DNA of 64,000 bases from a virus. Location: positions 7,868 to 71,867 of IMG/VR virus record IMGVR_UViG_3300020583_000139; one strand, given 5' to 3'. Shown here piece by piece: positions 59,012-64,000 of the stretch (the first letter of the stretch is position 1; each line of letters starts with the position of its first letter). The notes under the pieces are model-generated. The model saw only the letters and a program-made list of their open reading frames with translations, searched no databases and was not told where the DNA came from. A program made the translations under genes and the position numbers.

Positions 59012-59254
59012 TCATGCAGCCTCCAATTGGTCAAACAAATCTTGGATAGCTTCGTTCTCGGTCTTCCCATGCCCTATCGGTCCTGACTTCCAGTGGTCGC
59101 CGCTTTCGTCGCTTCCTTCGAAACTGGCGTCATAGGTATTTGAATCGATCGCGCTCCAGTCCAAGCAGCGAATCGGAATTGGTGGATAGTCAAATGTGGT
59201 CACGAGGTCAATCTCTTGCCGAATACTTACGATGGACAGTGGTATGCCGCTCAT
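59012..59254 (-). CDS. conserved phage hypothetical protein
   Basis: PPIP.R..DW.A...YD....G.G.TE.EAI.DL motif; GGAG/AGGTG RBS. Confidence 0.65.
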   Translation of the reverse strand: MSGIPLSIVSIRQEIDLVTTFDYPPIPIRCLDWSAIDSNTYDASFEGSDESGDHWKSGPIGHGKTENEAIQDLFDQLEAA

Positions 59255-59336
59255 TCACCTTCTCCTGTCCGCACGAGGACCGCTAGAAGAGTGATGGAAA
59301 AGATTGCAACCATTGTCCCGCAAATAATAGCCAAGA

Positions 59337-59570
59337 TCATGGTTGCACTTCCGGCACGTTGGGCATACCGAGCCAGAGATCGTCCAACACATTCAACGAC
59401 TCTAACGCACTCTCACACGTCCTGTAATCCCACTGCCCGTCCAGATGTGCTTGGTAGATGTGCGCCCCGACGCGCTCAATAAATTCCTGCGCTGTCGAGT
59501 GGTCAAGTACAGGCAATTCACCTTCAAGCCATCCCTGACGGAGCCATTCACTAGCAGTTTGTATGTTCAT
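59337..59570 (-). CDS. hypothetical protein
   Basis: AGGAGG RBS downstream of a strong promoter. Confidence 0.55.
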   Translation of the reverse strand: MNIQTASEWLRQGWLEGELPVLDHSTAQEFIERVGAHIYQAHLDGQWDYRTCESALESLNVLDDLWLGMPNVPEVQP

Positions 59571-59613
59571 TTGATTTCCTCCTGTACTCGGGTGTCAATC
59601 CAAGTACGCGCTA

Positions 59614-59642
59614 AATGTACAGAATTAGGGTTTGGCTGTCAA
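59614..59642 (-). promoter_or_regulatory. sigma70-type promoter
   Basis: TTGACA-17 nt-TACATT. Confidence 0.65.
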
Positions 59643-59718
59643 GGCGAAACGTAAGCGAATGTTTTGTCCTTCAACACTCCTATTAAACCGTATCAATGCT
59701 GGCTATTTATCGCGTTAT

Positions 59719-61038
59719 TTATACGCGAGTAAGAAGTTTCGGTTTTAGCCCCATTTCATGGAGGCGCTCGAGCGTGACGGCCACATAGTTTGGTTCTATC
59801 TCCATTCCGTAACAAATACGATCAGTTTGCTCGGCCGCGCAGATTGTAGTGCCGGAACCAGAGAACGGCTCGTAGCAGATTTCTCCCGTTTTGCTCCATG
59901 CTTCGATAACAAATTTAGATAGTTCTACAGGAAAAACTGCTGGATGCCCCTTAGTATGAACTCCTCTCGCAGCTTCCCGGTTGATGCGAATTACGGAATC
60001 CGGGATTTTGTGGTCCTGACCATAGAGTTCAGGAGAGCAAGCAGTATGAATTCGACCATCAGGATGACGTAGCGCATCTTTCTTCGCTCGGAATTTCTGC
60101 GAGTTTGGTTTCGTTGGAATTATTTTGTTTGGTTTCTGCCGTTCACGATTGAAATGAAATACAAATTCATGGGATGGCGCAAGTCTTCCCATCCAGTCTC
60201 CAGGCAAGCCACTACCTTGATCCCACACATAAAAACCAAATTTCCGCCATCCGAGTGTACGCATGTGGTTGATCCATGAATCCCAATACGAAAGCCATTC
60301 GCAGTCCCGATGAACAAGTCCTAAGTTGATTAAGACCTGCGTATTATCATCTGCCGGCAATGCGTCGGACATTGACTGCATCATCGCATCCCAGTCGAAA
60401 TCCTTTCCTTCATAATTACGCTGCTCGAAATAGGGGGGGGATGTGAAAACCACCTTCGCAAGTTCTTTACTCATTAGAGATGCAACGTGTTGTTTCGATC
60501 CCGCATCTCCGCACATCAGACGATGCCGACCGATTCCCCATATTTGCCCTAGCCGTGTTTTCCACTTTCTTGCGAGTTTCGATGCAATATCATTCTTTGG
60601 ATGTGGAACGCCGCTTTCTTGAGGTGTGGCCCAGAACTGCACTAGTTCGCGATCATCCCAGAAAGATGATAAATCCAAATCGAAATCAAGTTTCAAGTCT
60701 TTCAATAAATCGGTATTCCAGTCTAGATTAATTTCACTTGTGCGATTGTCGGCGATGGCGAGTTCTCTTGCTTTTTTTGAATCAAGGTCAAGGTCTGTGC
60801 GCTGAACCACGACCAATTCTTTGCCATCGGTTTCTACGACACGGATACGACCACCTTTCTTTTTGATTGCTTCTAAAGTTTTATTTCCCGCTATGACGCG
60901 ACCGGAACGATCAATTAAAATGGACCTACCCGCGCCGTATTTCGCGAGTGATTCTGCAATCATTTTTCTGCCGCGGTCTGTGCCGAGATTGGCATTCTTG
61001 TTATCCAGTCTCAAGTCTGTGATCGATTTTATTTTCAT
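59719..61038 (-). CDS. ParB-like domain fused to N4C/N6A DNA methyltransferase
   Basis: N-terminal SL..YG..RSILID...IAGN...LAIADNR; FTSPPY, HPA.FP, EPFSGSGTT, GMEI.P.Y. Confidence 0.9.
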   Translation of the reverse strand: MKIKSITDLRLDNKNANLGTDRGRKMIAESLAKYGAGRSILIDRSGRVIAGNKTLEAIKKKGGRIRVVETDGKELVVVQRTDLDLDSKKARELAIADNRTSEINLDWNTDLLKDLKLDFDLDLSSFWDDRELVQFWATPQESGVPHPKNDIASKLARKWKTRLGQIWGIGRHRLMCGDAGSKQHVASLMSKELAKVVFTSPPYFEQRNYEGKDFDWDAMMQSMSDALPADDNTQVLINLGLVHRDCEWLSYWDSWINHMRTLGWRKFGFYVWDQGSGLPGDWMGRLAPSHEFVFHFNRERQKPNKIIPTKPNSQKFRAKKDALRHPDGRIHTACSPELYGQDHKIPDSVIRINREAARGVHTKGHPAVFPVELSKFVIEAWSKTGEICYEPFSGSGTTICAAEQTDRICYGMEIEPNYVAVTLERLHEMGLKPKLLTRV

Positions 61039-61039
61039 G

Positions 61040-61523
61040 TTATGTCCACACGAGCTCCTTTTCAAAAACATGCTTTCCAGTCTTCGTGAATCCAGTGTGC
61101 CGCCATCCAGCGCGAAGATAACATCGGCCTACTGGAAAAGGGCAGAACTCAGCACCTCGTTTTTTTTTGTGTCCCGAGTTTGCGAGCATCGATAAATGTA
61201 TAGGCTAGTCCTGGTCCCCATTTTGTGACCGCCAGTCTTTCGGCTTCAAGAATGATGGAACTTGCTTCGCGACACGATTCGTTGCGGAAGATGGCGCAGT
61301 TGTATCCAACGCGACCGTCCATCCGTTTATCGTCTTGCGGCCACATCCACACAAAGAGAATCGTGCCTTCCGCGTTCCGTAAAACCAACTTCCGTCCTGA
61401 GTAGCAGAATTGTTTCTTCCCAATGCTTCCCGGTCGTCGTGTGTAGTGACGATCTGCAAGCGCACGGCACTCTTGGTCAAAGTGGTTCGTGCGGATTAGA
61501 CCGTCTGTGAATGCGAGAAGCAA
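61040..61523 (-). pseudogene. Mom-like (GNAT) DNA-modification gene interrupted by a frameshift at an A9 tract
   Basis: LADRHY.RR..G..QF...G..LVL, FRNE....S..I.EA; the G.CY..AGW...G.TK.G end lies in the next frame after A9 (61160-61168). Confidence 0.7.
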
Positions 61524-61538
61524 ATGAGCACGGAGCTT

Positions 61539-61940
61539 TTACTTTTTCGCAGGTACCGATGGCGGTGCCGCAGCTGTAGGTTGGAGAATGGGCGCTGGCG
61601 TGAACTTCTCTTTTTGCCCGTCCCACTGGTGACCAGGATTTGAGTTAAGCGTTTGCGTGATCTGCGCCTGCATTCGCCTGCTCATACCGTCGATCTGGTC
61701 TCCGAGAGCTATCAATTGTTTTACTTTGGGATCTTGCGAAAGCATTTGATACTGCTTCTGAAGCGCCTTTGCGGTGACGATCTCCTGACGGAAATCATCA
61801 TTGGGACAAAGTTCATTTGGGCCGGCCACGCAAGGTGCCAGCGCATCGCTCGCGTGAGTCGCGTGGTACGACCCGAAGAAATAGGCTCCTACCGCGAGCC
61901 CGATCACCAAAACTGCAACTACGATCATTTTTACTTTCAA
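61539..61940 (-). CDS. membrane-anchored/secreted hypothetical protein
   Basis: GGAGAGG RBS; N-terminal TM helix. Confidence 0.6.
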   Translation of the reverse strand: MKVKMIVVAVLVIGLAVGAYFFGSYHATHASDALAPCVAGPNELCPNDDFRQEIVTAKALQKQYQMLSQDPKVKQLIALGDQIDGMSRRMQAQITQTLNSNPGHQWDGQKEKFTPAPILQPTAAAPPSVPAKK

Positions 61941-62545
61941 GTGTTCCTCTCCTTGTCGCCTTTCGGCGTGTCAGATTGTGTCACAAAATCAGGTTACTCG
62001 GTGCCCTCAGCTCTCATGTGCCGGTGGCTCTGGGTCAAACATTCTTCGGTGTTGCAGGCCCAGCTAACGCCCGGATAGCTTTTGCCAATGGTTCGCATGG
62101 ATGTTTCGTGCGCTGCTCAATGATGTATTCGCCTGGCCGCTGCGGGTCCATCACGCAGTAGTGTGTCTCCACGAACTCTGCGATTTCCTCAATCGTCGCT
62201 CGCCGGATGCCTGCTGCAAATTCACTCAACGCCTCGCTGTCCATTACGCTAGTTCTCACTGCTCCCCTCCGACTGTTTGCCTGTGCCTGCTGGCTCACTC
62301 GTTTTACCTGCTAGGCCGCTCGCACCGAAGAACACTATCGGCACACAGTCGCGGCATAGCAACGCATCACTTATTACTAGCTTGATTCCGCCATCGATTT
62401 TCTCCATCGAAACATCGCAAGCCAATTCATCTTTCAGGTGTCGCTTGCAACGGTCACAGAAAGCATCCATTAACGGATTGTCCGGCTTCGGTGGTTCAGG
62501 TTCCTTTTTACTCCACCACATCTTTCGCTCCTCTCTGGCCCGCGC

Positions 62546-63007
62546 TCAGGACTGCTTGGGCGGGCGCTCCACTCGACCAATTCCCTTACAGGTCTCACAG
62601 GTCACCATGTTTTGCTTGGCCTCGTACTCCTCTTCTGCTCGCTTGCGAGAGCCTGCCGTTTTCTCATCGCGCTCAGGCCCAGCGGCATCCAAGAGAGGCC
62701 ACAATTCCTTAGGGTATCCTGAATAGCACGGATTCTGTGGCCGCATCCCGCGCTTCCGGCAAGCGTAAATCGTTCCCGCATAGGCCGAGTATGATGGCTG
62801 GATAGCTTCGCAGTCCTTGATGGCCTGTTCGTAGAGAGGCAGGTCCCGAGGCGTAATGTCTTCGGCGTCGGCGCACGCCCAAAAGAACAAATCGTTGCAG
62901 TTCTCAGCGATAACAATGCCGCCGTCCGTGTCGAAATAGAACTTGTCTATTCCGCAGTCATGCTCAACGAGAAAATGCAGGACCGCCATCGTGTCAGCGT
63001 CGCTCAT
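62546..63007 (-). CDS. conserved phage hypothetical protein
   Basis: CNDLF.W.CADAE.I, R.R.MRPQ...Y...P..LW.L.DA.GP.R motif. Confidence 0.7.
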   Translation of the reverse strand: MSDADTMAVLHFLVEHDCGIDKFYFDTDGGIVIAENCNDLFFWACADAEDITPRDLPLYEQAIKDCEAIQPSYSAYAGTIYACRKRGMRPQNPCYSGYPKELWPLLDAAGPERDEKTAGSRKRAEEEYEAKQNMVTCETCKGIGRVERPPKQS

Positions 63008-63237
63008 TCGGCTTTTGCCTCCTTGTCTGGCTCCTGGCTGGCTTGCTCAACCCATTTACCTTCCAAGAACCGCTTAAGGTCTTTCTCTAGCGCAGCGCAA
63101 ACGCTGTCATCTTGAATTAGGAGTTGCGCATAGCTGTGCGGAATCGTTGTAGTTATCTCAACGGACTCCACCCACGCATCGGGGGCATTATCATTTATGG
63201 TCAACGTTACTTCGCTGCGCTTCGCGTTAGCTCTCAT
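63004..63237 (-). CDS. hypothetical protein
   Basis: AGGAG RBS; ATGA overlap with downstream gene. Confidence 0.5.
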   Translation of the reverse strand: MRANAKRSEVTLTINDNAPDAWVESVEITTTIPHSYAQLLIQDDSVCAALEKDLKRFLEGKWVEQASQEPDKEAKAE

Positions 63238-64000
63238 GTGTCTCTGCTCCTGAATTGCTTGGTGCTGGCTCCTAGCTGGAGAGCCGCACAGTTACATTTG
63301 CCTGAACTTGAGTGCCAGTATTTCCGCTTCCGCAAGTTGAGCCTCAAACATTGCGGTAGCAAGCGGGTCAGGTGCATTCACTTTTGATGTTTCAATAGCT
63401 GACTTTAACTTCGCAACTTCCGCTTCCACAATTTGCGCTGCCTCTTCACTCGTAAATGTTCTCATACCATTCTCCTTAGTTGAGGTAACTTCGCGTACCC
63501 GCTGCTCGCTCGGCTGGCGGGCTGCCAGCAGGTCTTTCACATCTGTTACAAGGAAAAATTCTCCTAGCGCGTGCTCTTCCATCGTCCTCTCCGACCCTGT
63601 ATTCGCCCATCGTCGCAGGTCGGTTAAATACTGTAATGTTATCGGCTGGCGGGCTGCGGCCAGCGCGTGTGACAACCTGACTGCCTTGCACAGATTGGCT
63701 GGCATCCCACAGCAAAAGTGGTCGCAGAATTCTACGCCGCTAAGAATCTGCGCCGCCTGCACGACTTCTGGCGTTGCTTCTGGGTGCGAGCATTGAGGCT
63801 TGCTGTCTACAAACTCTTTGTCACAGAGGTAGCAGCTTTCACGTATACGGAACTCGTTGCGGTGCCCCGTCCCCGCCTCCTGAACGGCTGGCGCGGGCAC
63901 CGGGTCAAGCCCCGCTTCCTTTCGGCATTCGTTGCAAGTCTCTACAAAGTCTCGGTGGGCATGCGGCTCGGCTGGCGCTCGGCTCTCAGCGGGCTGGGCG

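Overview
A 64 kb segment of a tailed phage genome with a contractile-tail morphogenesis module, mostly on the minus strand. In order it carries terminase, a DUF1073-type portal, a gpF-like head protein, a DUF2213 protease, a DUF2184 capsid protein, neck proteins, sheath, tube, a tape measure with a lytic transglycosylase domain, and the baseplate. Where tail fibres normally sit there is a ~17 kb cluster of large signal-peptide-bearing fibre/adhesin/lyase-like proteins. Holin-like genes follow, with a plus-strand M15 endolysin cassette at the left end. Four free-standing homing endonucleases, five tRNAs, one aberrant tRNA-like RNA and two accessory islands interrupt the head genes. The stand-out feature is a plus-strand operon at 45.7-47.5 kb. 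A solo Cas7/RAMP-like gene is followed by arrays of 5-nt units (constant AGC plus a variable dinucleotide), split into five guide-sized segments by a TTCAAACYCRM delimiter. This matches the architecture of VIPR-type non-contiguous RNA-guided systems, but with AGC-NN rather than GGY-NN units. Other notable items are a Mom-like gene broken at an A9 tract, an RHH gene whose operator repeats recur at the terminase promoter, and leaderless transcripts. All family assignments come from motif recognition by eye and gene order; no searches were run.
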